The notes: a model not told the origin generated them from the sequence alone. A DNA stretch of 64,000 nt from an uncultured delta proteobacterium (GCA_963803435.1 CAWDML010000008.1:96001-160000); one strand, 5' to 3'. Shown: positions 21,816-32,041, counted from the stretch's first letter. A program made the numbers and translations.

Positions 21816-22504
21816 AGATCGCGCTGGTCATGGTGCTGCTGGCGACGTCGTGGTCGTGCGGCCGCTACGACTGCACGCTCGACTCGCCGTCGCTCGACGT
21901 GGCGGTGCGACTGGGCGCGCTCGAGACCGCGCCGGCCTCGCTCGAAATGCTCGCTGAGATCGGCGGCGACCGGTACTCCACCCGCTTCGACGTGTCGCAG
22001 GCGCTCAGCGACGGCGAGACTTCGCTGCGTATCCAGCTGGGGCCTCAGGGCGGCCAACCCGTCGACGTCCTCCTGACGGCGCGGGCCTTCTCCGAGGCCG
22101 ACGGGCGGGGCCAGATGCTCGCCGAGACCACGCACCTGGTCGCCGCCTCGCCCGACGGCTGTAACCAGGTCCTGATCGATCTGTGGCCGCGCCGCCTGGT
22201 CTGCGAGAGCAGCTGCACGGCCGACTGCAAGAACGCCGACCTCTGCCCGGTTCAGTGCGCCACCGGCTCGCGGTGCGACGTCGACTGCCGTCAGGCGGGC
22301 GAGTGCGCGGTCGCGTGCGATCCCGGCTCGAGCTGCAGCGTCGACTGCAGCGGCGCCGGCGACTGCAGCAAGATCCGCTGCGGCGCCGAGGCCTCCTGCG
22401 CCCTCTTCTGCGGTCCGGGTCAGCCCTGCGCGTACGCCGAGTGCGCCGGAATCCAGCAGACCTGCTCGGACGGCACGGTGGTGTGCAACGCGCATTGTTT
22501 GTAG
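21812..22504 (+). CDS. Cys-rich lipoprotein
   Basis: Lipobox-like WSC; C-terminal array of CxVxC...C repeats. Confidence 0.65.
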   Translation: MKIALVMVLLATSWSCGRYDCTLDSPSLDVAVRLGALETAPASLEMLAEIGGDRYSTRFDVSQALSDGETSLRIQLGPQGGQPVDVLLTARAFSEADGRGQMLAETTHLVAASPDGCNQVLIDLWPRRLVCESSCTADCKNADLCPVQCATGSRCDVDCRQAGECAVACDPGSSCSVDCSGAGDCSKIRCGAEASCALFCGPGQPCAYAECAGIQQTCSDGTVVCNAHCL

Positions 22505-22522
22505 AGTCGACGCCGACCACCC

Positions 22523-23521
22523 GTGAAGAAGCTCGTCGAGCGGGGACGCGTCTTCCTTCCCTGGATCTCGCTCGCGACCGGGATCGGCACCGGAGTGATC
22601 ATGGACCGCCGCCCCGAGCGCGCGCCCTTGATCGCGATCGCGGCCGGCGTCGGCTGGTTCGTCCTCTCGGGTGGGCTCCTCGCCGGCAAGCTGATCACGA
22701 ATCGCCTGGAGAAGCGACGCGAGCTGGCGGAGCGGCTGGTCGCGTTCTCGCACTTCGCGGGCATGCAGAGCATTACCCAGCTGTGCATCTTCTTCTCCTT
22801 TCCGTTCTACGTGCGGGCGGCCTCGCTCCGGCTCGATCACGCGGTGTTCCTCGGTCTGGTGGCCCTCGCCGGCGCCGTCTCGCTGTGGGACCCGCTCTAC
22901 GAGTGGGTGCTGGCGCGCCCCTGGGCCCGAGCCTTCACCCAGGCCTTCGCCACGTTCTCGGGGCTCAACTGCGTGCTGCCGATCCTCGGGCTCAGCAACC
23001 GGGCCAGCCTCTACGTCTCGGCCGCCGCCACCGTGGTCGGATCGCCGCTGATCGCCTCGGTGGGTCGCCGCATCAAGGAGGGCGTGAGCCGTCCCTTGCT
23101 GCTCCAGCTGGCGGCCGCCTCGGCGATCCCGTTCCTCCTGGTGGCGGGGGCAGCCAGCGCGATTCCGCCCGCGCCGCTCCGGCTGACCGAGTCGGCGATC
23201 GGGACCCAGATCCGGGACAAGTCGGTGCTGGATCCGAGCACCTCCTTCGAGAGGGTGCCCGCCCAGCTGGTCTGCTTCACCTCGATCCGCGCGCCGAGAG
23301 GCCTGCGCGATCAGCTGCTTCACGTCTGGCGTCACGGCCGCTCGGTCCGCGATCGCGTCGTGCTGGACGTGGTGGGCGGTCGCGAGGCCGGCTATCGAAC
23401 CTGGTCCATCAAGCAGAACCTGGGCGCAGAGCCCGACGGCAAGTGGAGCTGTACGGTGGAGACGGCCAGCGGTCAGGTGCTGGGGCGCGCCTCGGTGCGC
23501 ATCGGGCCCACGGATCCATGA
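22523..23521 (+). CDS. Membrane protein with C-terminal DUF2914 domain
   Basis: Multiple TMs followed by FTSIRAPRGL...HVW...GGREAGYRTWS.K...GKW...VET..GQVLG. Confidence 0.8.
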   Translation: MKKLVERGRVFLPWISLATGIGTGVIMDRRPERAPLIAIAAGVGWFVLSGGLLAGKLITNRLEKRRELAERLVAFSHFAGMQSITQLCIFFSFPFYVRAASLRLDHAVFLGLVALAGAVSLWDPLYEWVLARPWARAFTQAFATFSGLNCVLPILGLSNRASLYVSAAATVVGSPLIASVGRRIKEGVSRPLLLQLAAASAIPFLLVAGAASAIPPAPLRLTESAIGTQIRDKSVLDPSTSFERVPAQLVCFTSIRAPRGLRDQLLHVWRHGRSVRDRVVLDVVGGREAGYRTWSIKQNLGAEPDGKWSCTVETASGQVLGRASVRIGPTDP

Positions 23522-23696
23522 ACAGCTCGTCGGCCGAGTCCATCAAGGTGGCGCAATCGAGATCGAGAGGCGCTCGCACCATCGGTCTTTCACCGAGGCT
23601 CCGATTGGGACAGACCGCGGGCGACCGGCGACAATCCACCTGCGTCGGATTCGGTTTGATGGCATGCGGCCTGCCGGTCTAGAAGGCGGGCAGGTC

Positions 23697-24776
23697 ATGC
23701 GAAAGATCTCGATCCTCGCCGCGCTCGTCCTCCTCTCCTGTGCCGCCAGCAAGGACACCCGCCCGCCTGCGCACGAGGAGCACGAGGCCGCGTTCGAGAA
23801 GACGCCGATGATCCGCGAAGACGAGCCGAGGCTTCGAAACCTCAGGCGGCTGACCGACGGTGGTGAGAACGCGGAGGCCTACTGGAGCAAGGACGGCGCC
23901 GAGCTGATCTTCCAGTCCACGCGCAACGGCCTCGAGTGCGATCAGATCTTCCGCATGAACGCGGACGGCTCGGGCGTCCGGCAGGTCTCGGTGCCGGGCG
24001 GACGGACCACGTGCAGCTACATCCAGATCGACGGCTCGATCATCTACGCCTCGACGCACGGTCACGGCGGGGGCTGCCTGTGGAAGCCCGACTTCTCGCA
24101 GGGCTACGTCTGGCCGCTCTACCCCGAGATGGATATCTGGGCCGCCGATGCCGACGGCGCCAACCCCCACGTCCTCTTCGAGTCCCCCGGCTACGACGCC
24201 GAGGCGACCATCTGTCCCGTCGACGGCCGCATCATCTTCACCTCGAGCAAGGACGGCGACATCGACCTGTACGTGATGGACCGCGACGGGAAGAACGTGA
24301 AGCGGATGACCGACACGCCCGGCTACGACGGAGGCGCCTTCTTCTCCCCCGACTGCAGCAAGATCGTCTGGCGGGCCTCACGGCCGCAGGGAGAGGATCT
24401 CGAGAAGTTCCGCGCACTGCTGAAGCAACACATGGTCCGGCCGACCAGCCTCGAGATCTACGTGATGGACGCGGACGGCTCGAACGTGGTCCAGGTGACG
24501 CACAACGGGAAAGCCAACTTTGCGCCGTACCTCAACGCCGACAACCAGCATATCTTGTTCGCGAGCAACATGGATGATCCGAAGGGCCGCAACTTCGATA
24601 TCTACATGATCCACACCGACGGCACCGGCCTCGAGCGCATCACCCGCAACCCGACCTTCGACGGTTTCCCGATGTGGACCCACGACAGCAAGCGGCTGGT
24701 CTTCGCCTCGAACCGCGCCGACTCGAAGCCGGGCGAGACGAACCTCTTCGTCGCCGACTTCGTCTGGGAGGAGTGA
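23697..24776 (+). CDS. TolB-like PD40-repeat lipoprotein
   Basis: Lipobox LLSC; ENAEAYWS; repeated YDxxxFFSPD / IYVMDADGS blades. Confidence 0.88.
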   Translation: MRKISILAALVLLSCAASKDTRPPAHEEHEAAFEKTPMIREDEPRLRNLRRLTDGGENAEAYWSKDGAELIFQSTRNGLECDQIFRMNADGSGVRQVSVPGGRTTCSYIQIDGSIIYASTHGHGGGCLWKPDFSQGYVWPLYPEMDIWAADADGANPHVLFESPGYDAEATICPVDGRIIFTSSKDGDIDLYVMDRDGKNVKRMTDTPGYDGGAFFSPDCSKIVWRASRPQGEDLEKFRALLKQHMVRPTSLEIYVMDADGSNVVQVTHNGKANFAPYLNADNQHILFASNMDDPKGRNFDIYMIHTDGTGLERITRNPTFDGFPMWTHDSKRLVFASNRADSKPGETNLFVADFVWEE

Positions 24777-25568
24777 GCCATCTACCTCCTGCTCAACATC
24801 GGCCAGGCGCTGTTCCTCGCCTTCTGGACCTCCGTCTGCATCACGCTGGCCTTGATCGCCAGCGTGTTCTCCTCCGAGCTGCCGCTCTGGATGGCCCGCC
24901 ACCTCTGGGCCCCCCCGCTGCTGTTCTTCGTGTTCTCCGACTTCGAGGTGCTCGAGGGCCCGCAGCTCGATCCGGGTCGCGCCTACGTCTTCGTGATGAA
25001 CCACCAGAGCATGCTCGACATCCCGGTGGCCTTCGCCTTCATACCGCTCAACATCCGGTTCGTCTTCAAGAAGATCCTCTACTGGGTCCCGTTCCTCGGC
25101 TGGTTTCTCTGGCGCACCAAGATGGTCGCCGTCGACCGCCGTAACCCGATGCAGGCCTACGGCAGCCTCAGCGAAGGGGTTCGCCGGGCGAAGCGCGGGA
25201 TCAGCATCATCGCCTATCCCGAGGGCACCCGGAGTACGGACGGCGAGATCCTCAAGTTCAAGCGTGGCCCCTTCGTCCTCGCCCAGGCCGCCGGTGCCGC
25301 CATCGTCCCGGTCGCGGTCGAAGGCACCGGTCACGTGCTTCCGCGCGCCGGCTTCCGCATCCGGGGCGGCCAGGTCCGCTTCAAGATCGGCGCCCCGATC
25401 GACACGGCCGAGTTTGGATCCGGCCACGCCGAGATCGATCGCCTCCGCCAGTCCGCGCGCCACGCGCTGATCGCGCTCCACCGCGAGATCGGCGGCAAGG
25501 GCGGCCCGCTCACCCCCGACCGCAAACAAAGAAAGAAGACGGAAGAAACCGCCGCCTCCGCGCTCTGA
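24773..25568 (+). CDS. plsC: 1-acyl-sn-glycerol-3-phosphate acyltransferase (PlsC family); start probably GTG 24773 with a 1-nt insertion
   Basis: NHQSMLD, YPEGTRS, FKRGPF, IVPVAV. Confidence 0.85.
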
Positions 25569-25595
25569 CCAACGAAAGCGTCCGCTCCTACGGCG

Positions 25596-25708
25596 GTCAC
25601 AGTCACCGTCACGGTCAACGTACGGAGCGCGATCCGAGCACCGGTCGGTACCCGAGCTCCGTTTCTTCGTGACCGTGCCGCGTGATGGTGACGGTGACGG
25701 TGACGGTG
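25596..25708. repeat. Inverted pair of GTCACN / NGTGAC hexamer arrays (REP-like intergenic element)
   Basis: GTCACA GTCACC GTCACG GTCAAC at 25596-25619 and CGTGAT GGTGAC GGTGAC GGTGAC at 25681-25704. Confidence 0.6.
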
Positions 25709-25758
25709 GGGGGAGATGCAGGCGGGTTGACCCGCCCCGCGCCGTACGGATACGGCGC

Positions 25759-26430
25759 ATGGCCGTGGGCGTCGACTCGCTGACCGCCGCGATCCACTGG
25801 CTCGAGGATCTGCGCGAGACCGCGGAGCTCGATCTCCTCGGGCGCGCGGGTGCGATCGCGCGTGAGACCCGCGCGCACGCGCTCCGCGATCGGGCGGCGC
25901 GCCGGTACTTTCGCGCGTACCCGGACGCGAGGAGGCTGCGGCTCGGCGCCGCGGCGGGGCAGGCCGAGGGCTGGCTCGACGGTCGGTTCGATCTGAGCCG
26001 GCGCCTCCCGTTCGAGGACTCGTGCTTCGATGAGATTCTGATCGACGGCGCGCTCGAGTGTCTCGAGTACGCTCAGGGCTGCTTCAACCTCCGGGAGTGC
26101 CGGCGTGTGCTGAAGCCGAGCGGGCGGCTTCGCGTCGTCACCCACGACCTGGCCGCGCTGCTCGCGCTGTATCGTCCCGAGCGAACGGCGGCGGAGGAGG
26201 CGTACCTCCGCGAGCTCACCGACCGCTTCCTGCCCGGGCTCGGGCGGTACGAGCCGGTCTTTGTGGTGAACCTGGCGATGCGGTTCGAGCGGCACCGGTT
26301 CCTCTACGACGCGCCCCTCCTCGAGGAGTCCCTACGAGAGGCCGGCTTCGGCGAGGTCGAGCGCGGGGAGCCCAGGTCGATGGCGTCTCACCAGCGCTGC
26401 TGGATGTTCGCGATGAACGCGTACGGATAG
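25759..26430 (+). CDS. Class I SAM-methyltransferase-like protein (degenerate)
   Basis: LRLGAA..., LPFEDSCFDEI, ECRRVLKPSGRLRV, HRFLYD...LREAGF. Confidence 0.7.
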   Translation: MAVGVDSLTAAIHWLEDLRETAELDLLGRAGAIARETRAHALRDRAARRYFRAYPDARRLRLGAAAGQAEGWLDGRFDLSRRLPFEDSCFDEILIDGALECLEYAQGCFNLRECRRVLKPSGRLRVVTHDLAALLALYRPERTAAEEAYLRELTDRFLPGLGRYEPVFVVNLAMRFERHRFLYDAPLLEESLREAGFGEVERGEPRSMASHQRCWMFAMNAYG

Positions 26431-27413
26431 CCCAGATCGATCGCGCTGGCCTCGTCGAGGCGCTTCACGTCGTCGGAGTCCAGCGAGAGCTGCGATGCGC
26501 GGAGGTTCTCGTCGAGCTGATCGATCGACCGGGCTCCAAAGATCACCGAGGTGACGGCCGGCTTACCGAGCAGCCACGAGAGCGACACCTGCGAGGCCGA
26601 GGCGTCCACCTTGGCCGCGACCTCCAGCACCGCATCGAGGATCTTCCAGTTGCGCTCGGCGTCGAAACGCGCGTAGCGCTCCTTCCACTTCTCGAGCCGC
26701 GAACCCTGCGGGGGCGGCTGGTTGCGCCGGTACTTGCCGGACAGGAAGCCTCCCGCCAGCGGTGACCAGGGCAGGATGCCGAGCCCGAACTTCTGACACG
26801 CGGGCACGTGCTCGCGCTCGAGCGAGCGCTCCAGCAAGCTGTACTGGGCCTGCAGCGCCGCGAAGCGGTGGAGGCGGTCACGCTGGCTGATCATCACGCT
26901 CTCGACCATTCGATAAGCGGCGTAGTTGCTGCAGCCGAAGTAGAGCACCTTGCCCTGGTGGACCAGGTCGTCGAGCGCGCCCACGATCTCTTCTTCGGGC
27001 GTCTCGATGTCCTGCATGTGGATCTGATAGAGGTCGATCCGATCGGTCTTCAACCTCCTGAGGCTGTCCTCGACCGCACGCATGATCCGATAGCGCGAGG
27101 CGCCGCTCCCGTTGGGGCCCTGCCGCATGCGGAACCGGAACTTGGTGGCGAGCACCACGTCGTCTCGCCGCTTGTCCTTCTCGAACCACTTTCCGATGAC
27201 GCGCTCGGAGAGACCGTCCTGTCCGTAGACGTCCGCGGTGTCGATGAAGTTGATGCCCGCCTCCAGGGCGCGGTTCATGATCGCGAACGAGGTTTTCTCG
27301 TCCGCGCTCACCTTGTGCATCATCGAGGTCTCATCGGCTTCGCCGAACGTCATGGCGCCCAGGCAGAGCGTCGAGACCTTGACCCCCGTGTGGCCGAGAT
27401 TCCGGTATTCCAT
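26388..27413 (-). CDS. Aldo/keto reductase
   Basis: LCLGAMTFG, GINFIDTADVY, SLRRLKTDRIDLYQIH, WSPLAGG. Confidence 0.95.
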   Translation of the reverse strand: MEYRNLGHTGVKVSTLCLGAMTFGEADETSMMHKVSADEKTSFAIMNRALEAGINFIDTADVYGQDGLSERVIGKWFEKDKRRDDVVLATKFRFRMRQGPNGSGASRYRIMRAVEDSLRRLKTDRIDLYQIHMQDIETPEEEIVGALDDLVHQGKVLYFGCSNYAAYRMVESVMISQRDRLHRFAALQAQYSLLERSLEREHVPACQKFGLGILPWSPLAGGFLSGKYRRNQPPPQGSRLEKWKERYARFDAERNWKILDAVLEVAAKVDASASQVSLSWLLGKPAVTSVIFGARSIDQLDENLRASQLSLDSDDVKRLDEASAIDLGYPYAFIANIQQRW

Positions 27414-27444
27414 GTCGCGGGCTTCGCGCCCGCGCCGGCGCGAG

Positions 27445-28266
27445 TCAAGACGCCGGCACCTCAATCGGGATCATGACCTTCTTGGCGAGCCGCTCGGCTG
27501 TGGCGAGAAAGTCCTCCTGGTAGCGGCTGCGGGCCAGCTCCAGCGAGCCACCCTCCTTCTTCTCCGCCCGCAGCACCGCGTCGTCGCCGTCGCGGGCCAC
27601 CATGAACCTCGCCACGTGCGCGAGCATGACGGTCTCGCTGACGTCCTTGCTCGTGAGCAGCTTGCGCTCCACCACCACGAGCGTGCGGACGTTGGGATCG
27701 ACGACCGCGGTCAGCGACTTGAGCACTCCGCCCGCGAGCGTGTACTCCCACTTCTCCATCGGCTCCAGCGGCCGCGCCAGCTTCTTGGGCGCGTCGATCG
27801 GCTCGCGCGCCACCATGTGGTCGACGTCGTGCACGCCGAGCACGACCGGGAGATCGATCGACTCCACGATCGCGCGGATCGCCTTGGCGCCCGGGGCCGC
27901 CTCCGCCTCCGCAGCCGGACGCTGGAAGCGCACCGACCGGACGAAGCCGGCCGGCTTGCCCGACTCGGCCGTCATGGCCGCGGTGTCCTCCCCGACGCGC
28001 GCGAACCCGCGCGGCCCGAGCGAGCGCTCCTCGAGCCTCGCCAGCAACGGCTCGGACTGGGCGACCTCCGCGTGCCGCGGGATGCGGAAGTCGACCACCA
28101 GATCGATCCGGCGCCCGTCCTCGCCCGCGCCGACCACGAGCCGGGTGGGCCGGAACTCAGCCTTCCCGAAGCGGTAGAGGAGCGAGCAGCCCCCGTCCTG
28201 CGGGGGACCGAGGCGATAGCGCGGTCCGAGCTTTGCCATCAGCTCGTCGACCCAGGTCTGGTCCAT
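27445..28266 (-). CDS. Hypothetical protein
   Basis: Natural-looking composition from MDQTWVDELMAK; fills the gap upstream of the AKR gene. Confidence 0.55.
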   Translation of the reverse strand: MDQTWVDELMAKLGPRYRLGPPQDGGCSLLYRFGKAEFRPTRLVVGAGEDGRRIDLVVDFRIPRHAEVAQSEPLLARLEERSLGPRGFARVGEDTAAMTAESGKPAGFVRSVRFQRPAAEAEAAPGAKAIRAIVESIDLPVVLGVHDVDHMVAREPIDAPKKLARPLEPMEKWEYTLAGGVLKSLTAVVDPNVRTLVVVERKLLTSKDVSETVMLAHVARFMVARDGDDAVLRAEKKEGGSLELARSRYQEDFLATAERLAKKVMIPIEVPAS

Positions 28267-28320
28267 GGGCGGACCATAGGCAGTAGATCCGAACCCTGGC
28301 AACGCGGTTAGACTCGGACC

Positions 28321-29901
28321 GTGCGAGGTGCGCTCCTCGGCGCGATCGTCCTCGCGATCGCCCCGTCGCTCGGATGCCGGCAGCGGCTCCCGATCGAGGT
28401 CGGCGACACGGACTTCGAGTACGGCTTCATCGTCACCTACGGCTCGAGCGGTCCGCCCCTCCGCGTCAGCGACGTCTTCGGCGTGAAGGAGGGCCGGGTC
28501 GTCTTCGGCGGGCCGCCGGCCGTCACGCTCGAGGACAAGGAGACTCGGTTCGTCTTCGTGGCGCTCACTGCGGATCAGCTCCACCCATCCTTCGACCGCG
28601 ACCGCGCCTCCGAGATGGAGGCCGTCCTCTCGCCGCCGCCGGACGACCTGGAGGTCGAGGGTACCGGCCTCACGCATCTGGTGGCGCGGACGGCGCTCCC
28701 CAAGGAGGCCGAGCTGCTCACGTCCGACCTCGCCACGGCGAGCGGGCCGTTGCGAGCGGTGGAGCCGACCGAGTTCGAGATCTACGAGCGGGTGACGCTC
28801 CGGATCCCGGTCGATCCGGAGCACTGCCAGATCGTGGGCCAGAGCCCGCTCGAGCCATTCGCCGCCGAGGAATCGCCCGCCGGCGAGGCGCCGATCCAGA
28901 ACGTCCACTACCTCGATCGCGACCGCGCGCTGATCACCACCGTCCACCAGATCTTCGTCGTCGGGCGCGGCGCGGCCCAGCCCAGCAGCAGCTGGTCGAT
29001 CCTCTCGGACCCCGGGAACCTCCAGAGGGACATCATGGTCGACACCGCGATCGGCCCGCTCGCCTCCGACGGCAGCCGGCGGCTGGTCACCGTGGGCGGG
29101 GACTTCGATCCGGAGGCCCCGGTCTACGGCAAGGTCTGGTCGCTCCACCTCAGCGCGACCGGAACGATCACGCTCGACGCGCCCACGGTGCCCATCCCGG
29201 GCGGCCGCATCCTCGCCGCCGTGTTTCGCCCCGACGGTCGCGCGCTGATCGGCGGCACGGACGGCCAACTCTTCGAGCTCGGCCCGGGCGATACCGAGCC
29301 GACCGCCGGTGCGGTCCTGCCGCACCGGACCGACCTTTCCGACTCCTTCTACGCGATGATCCCGACGTCGGTCGGCGGCTACACGATGCTCGCGGGCGAG
29401 CGCAACCATCTGTTCCTCTTTCGCGGAGACACGTTCACGTTTCAATTCATCATGTTCGAGGGCCTCGCCGGACCCGCCAGCCTGCGCTTCCGCGGTCTCG
29501 CCGCCGTCGAGGACGCCGAAGGCGCCGACTACTGGGCCGTGGGCGATCTCGGTCAGGTCGCTCGGAAGCGCGGCGATCGGGACTGGGTGCTCCTCTCCGA
29601 GGCCGGTCGAGCGCTGAGCTTTCCCCCGCGCTTCGCGCCGTGCGCCAGCCCCAGCGTTCCGCTCTCCTTCAACCGCATGGTCACCGTCATCGCGGCCTTC
29701 GAGGGGTACGTGCACCTCGGCTTCGAGGATTGCAACGCGGTCGCGGTGGTCCGCCGCTCCGATCAGTGCGTCTCGCTGGTGACGCCGGTGAACCGCGATG
29801 TCGCCTTCCAGACCAGCCATCCCGCGACGATCGATCGCCTCGATCGACGGTTGCTCGTCGGCTACACGGAAGGCCAGGTCTACGAGACCGTCCTCCCCTG
29901 A
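28321..29901 (+). CDS. Beta-propeller-like lipoprotein
   Basis: Lipobox SLGC; blade-like motifs (LIGGTDGQLFE, WAVGDLGQV, LVGYTEGQVYE). Confidence 0.6.
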   Translation: MRGALLGAIVLAIAPSLGCRQRLPIEVGDTDFEYGFIVTYGSSGPPLRVSDVFGVKEGRVVFGGPPAVTLEDKETRFVFVALTADQLHPSFDRDRASEMEAVLSPPPDDLEVEGTGLTHLVARTALPKEAELLTSDLATASGPLRAVEPTEFEIYERVTLRIPVDPEHCQIVGQSPLEPFAAEESPAGEAPIQNVHYLDRDRALITTVHQIFVVGRGAAQPSSSWSILSDPGNLQRDIMVDTAIGPLASDGSRRLVTVGGDFDPEAPVYGKVWSLHLSATGTITLDAPTVPIPGGRILAAVFRPDGRALIGGTDGQLFELGPGDTEPTAGAVLPHRTDLSDSFYAMIPTSVGGYTMLAGERNHLFLFRGDTFTFQFIMFEGLAGPASLRFRGLAAVEDAEGADYWAVGDLGQVARKRGDRDWVLLSEAGRALSFPPRFAPCASPSVPLSFNRMVTVIAAFEGYVHLGFEDCNAVAVVRRSDQCVSLVTPVNRDVAFQTSHPATIDRLDRRLLVGYTEGQVYETVLP

Positions 29902-29968
29902 ACGCCCTTTCCCGTGCCCTCTTTGACGTTGCCGTTCTCGGCTCGCCGCCGTAGCGGGTACTCATCCC

Positions 29969-30241
29969 ATGAGCGATCCAGTCCTGTGTGAGCACCTCGA
30001 AGCGATCGGAGAAGTGCGTGCTCCCATGAAGCGGGTGTGCGCCGAGTGCGTTCGGATCGGTTCGGACTGGGTGCACCTTCGCACCTGCCAAACGTGCGGC
30101 GCCACGCTCTGTTGCGATGACTCCCCGCACCGCCACATGACCGCGCACAATCGCGCGACCGGGCATCCGGTGGTCGCCTCGGCCGAGCCCGGCGAGCGGT
30201 GGCTGTGGTGCTACCCGGACGAGCTGATGGCCGGCTACTGA
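29969..30241 (+). CDS. UBP-type zinc finger protein
   Basis: CEHL...CAEC...WVHLRTCQTCG..LCCDDSPHRH..AH....HP......GERWLWCY. Confidence 0.9.
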   Translation: MSDPVLCEHLEAIGEVRAPMKRVCAECVRIGSDWVHLRTCQTCGATLCCDDSPHRHMTAHNRATGHPVVASAEPGERWLWCYPDELMAGY

Positions 30242-30263
30242 TCGAACCGACTAGGCTCCACCG

Positions 30264-31918
30264 ATGACGACCAACGTCGAGCTCGATCCGAGCGATCCCT
30301 ATTCCCGCACCGCGCAGACGTTTCCCACCTTGAGCGCCGAGATGGTCTCACGGGTCGCCGCCTTCGGCACGGAGCAGCGGGTCGCCAAGGGAGACGTGGT
30401 CTTCGAGCGCGGCCAGCGCAGCGCCGACTTCTTCCTGGTGCTCGAGGGGACCATCGAGATCTTCGATTCGACGCCTATGGGGCCGAACGTCTTCGTGGTG
30501 CACCACGAGCGCCAGTTCACCGGCGAGCTCGATCTGTTCAACGACCACCGGATGCTCGTCAGCGGGCGGGCCGGCACCGACGGTCGAGTCGTTCGCGTCA
30601 AGTCGGCGGACTTCCGGCGGATGGTGACGAACGAGCCGGACCTCGGCGAGGTCATCATGCGCGCGTTCATCCTCCGCCGCGTCGGGCTCATCCGCCACGC
30701 GCAGGGCGGTGTGGCCCTGATCGGGCCGGGGCGCGACGCCGACACGCTGCGGATCGAGCGCTTCTTGTTGCGGAACGGATACCCGCATCGCTTGCTCGAC
30801 ACGGACACCGACGCCGAGGCCAAGGGCTTCCTGTCGAGCTTTGCGCTGACGCAAGACCAGCTCCCGGTCGTCGTCCAGCCGGAGTGCCGCGTCTTGAAGA
30901 ATCCCAGCAACGCGGAGCTCGCCGACGCGCTGGGCCTCACATCCACGCTCGACGAGGAGCGCGTGTACGACCTCGCCGTCGTCGGCGCAGGCCCGGCAGG
31001 GCTGGCGGCCGCCGTCTATGGGGCCTCCGAGGGGCTCGACGTCATCGTGATCGAAGGGCACGCGCCCGGCGGCCAGGCGGGCACGAGCTCGAAGATCGAG
31101 AACTACCTCGGCTTCCCCACCGGCATCAGCGGTCAGGCGTTGGCCGGCCGAGCGCAGGTGCAGGCGCAAAAGTTCGGCGCTCGCCTCGCGATCTCGCGGA
31201 ACGTCGTCGCCATCGACTGCAAGCTGCAGCCGTATCGGCTCGAGCTCGAGGGCGGCCAGCGCGTCTCGGCCCGCGCGATCGTGGTCGCGACCGGCGCGCG
31301 CTACCGCAAGCTGCGGCTCGCCAACTATGAGCGCTTGGAGGGAAGAGGCATTCAGTACGCAGCCACCGCGATGGAGGCGCAGCTCTGCAACGGCGAGGAG
31401 ATCGCGATCGTGGGCGGCGGAAACTCGGCCGGTCAGGCCGCCATGTATCTCTCCCGCTTCGCCAAGCATGTTCACATCCTGGTCCGTGGCGAGGGCCTCG
31501 CGGCCACCATGTCGGACTACCTCGTCCAGCGCATCGCGGCGTCCCCCACGTCACGCTCCACCCTCGGACCGAGATCACCGCGCTCGAAGGCGACCGTGCG
31601 CTCGCGAGCGTCACCTGGACGAACCGCGCGAGCGACCTCTCCGAGACCCAATCCATCAGCAACCTGTTCATCATGATCGGCGCGGTCCCCAACACCGACT
31701 TCCTGAGGGGCTGCCTCGAGCTCGACGACAAGGGATTCGTGTGCACCGGGCATCGACCGGGCCTGCCGTCCCGCTCGCCGTACGCGACCAGCCAGCCCGG
31801 CATCTGGGCCGTCGGCGACGTCCGCGCCGGCTCGGTCAAGCGCGTGGCGGCCGGCGTTGGCGAGGGCTCCGTGGTGGTGCAGGACATCCATCGCTTCCTG
31901 TTCCCTCCCGTCGGTTAG
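30264..31918 (+). CDS. cNMP-binding-domain thioredoxin-reductase-like FAD oxidoreductase (frameshift near 31548)
   Basis: N-terminal cNMP fold (FTGEL); GAGPAGL, IENYLGFP, ATGA, GGGNSAGQ; final AVGDVR..SVKRVA.GVGEG in the next frame. Confidence 0.88.
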
Positions 31919-31951
31919 CGGCGACGGATCGGGCTCCATGACGAAGGACGG

Positions 31952-32035
31952 GGATACACCAAAGGGAACAAGTCGCAGCTGCTCCGCTTTGCGCTCGACA
32001 CGGTCGACATCGACGCCATGCCGCGCGGATATTGA
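31952..32035 (+). pseudogene. Possible 3' remnant of a small ribbon-helix-helix-like gene
   Basis: Frame reads GYTKGNKSQLLRFALDTVDIDAMPRGY*, with no in-frame start after the upstream stop. Confidence 0.35.
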
Positions 32036-32041
32036 CGCGCG

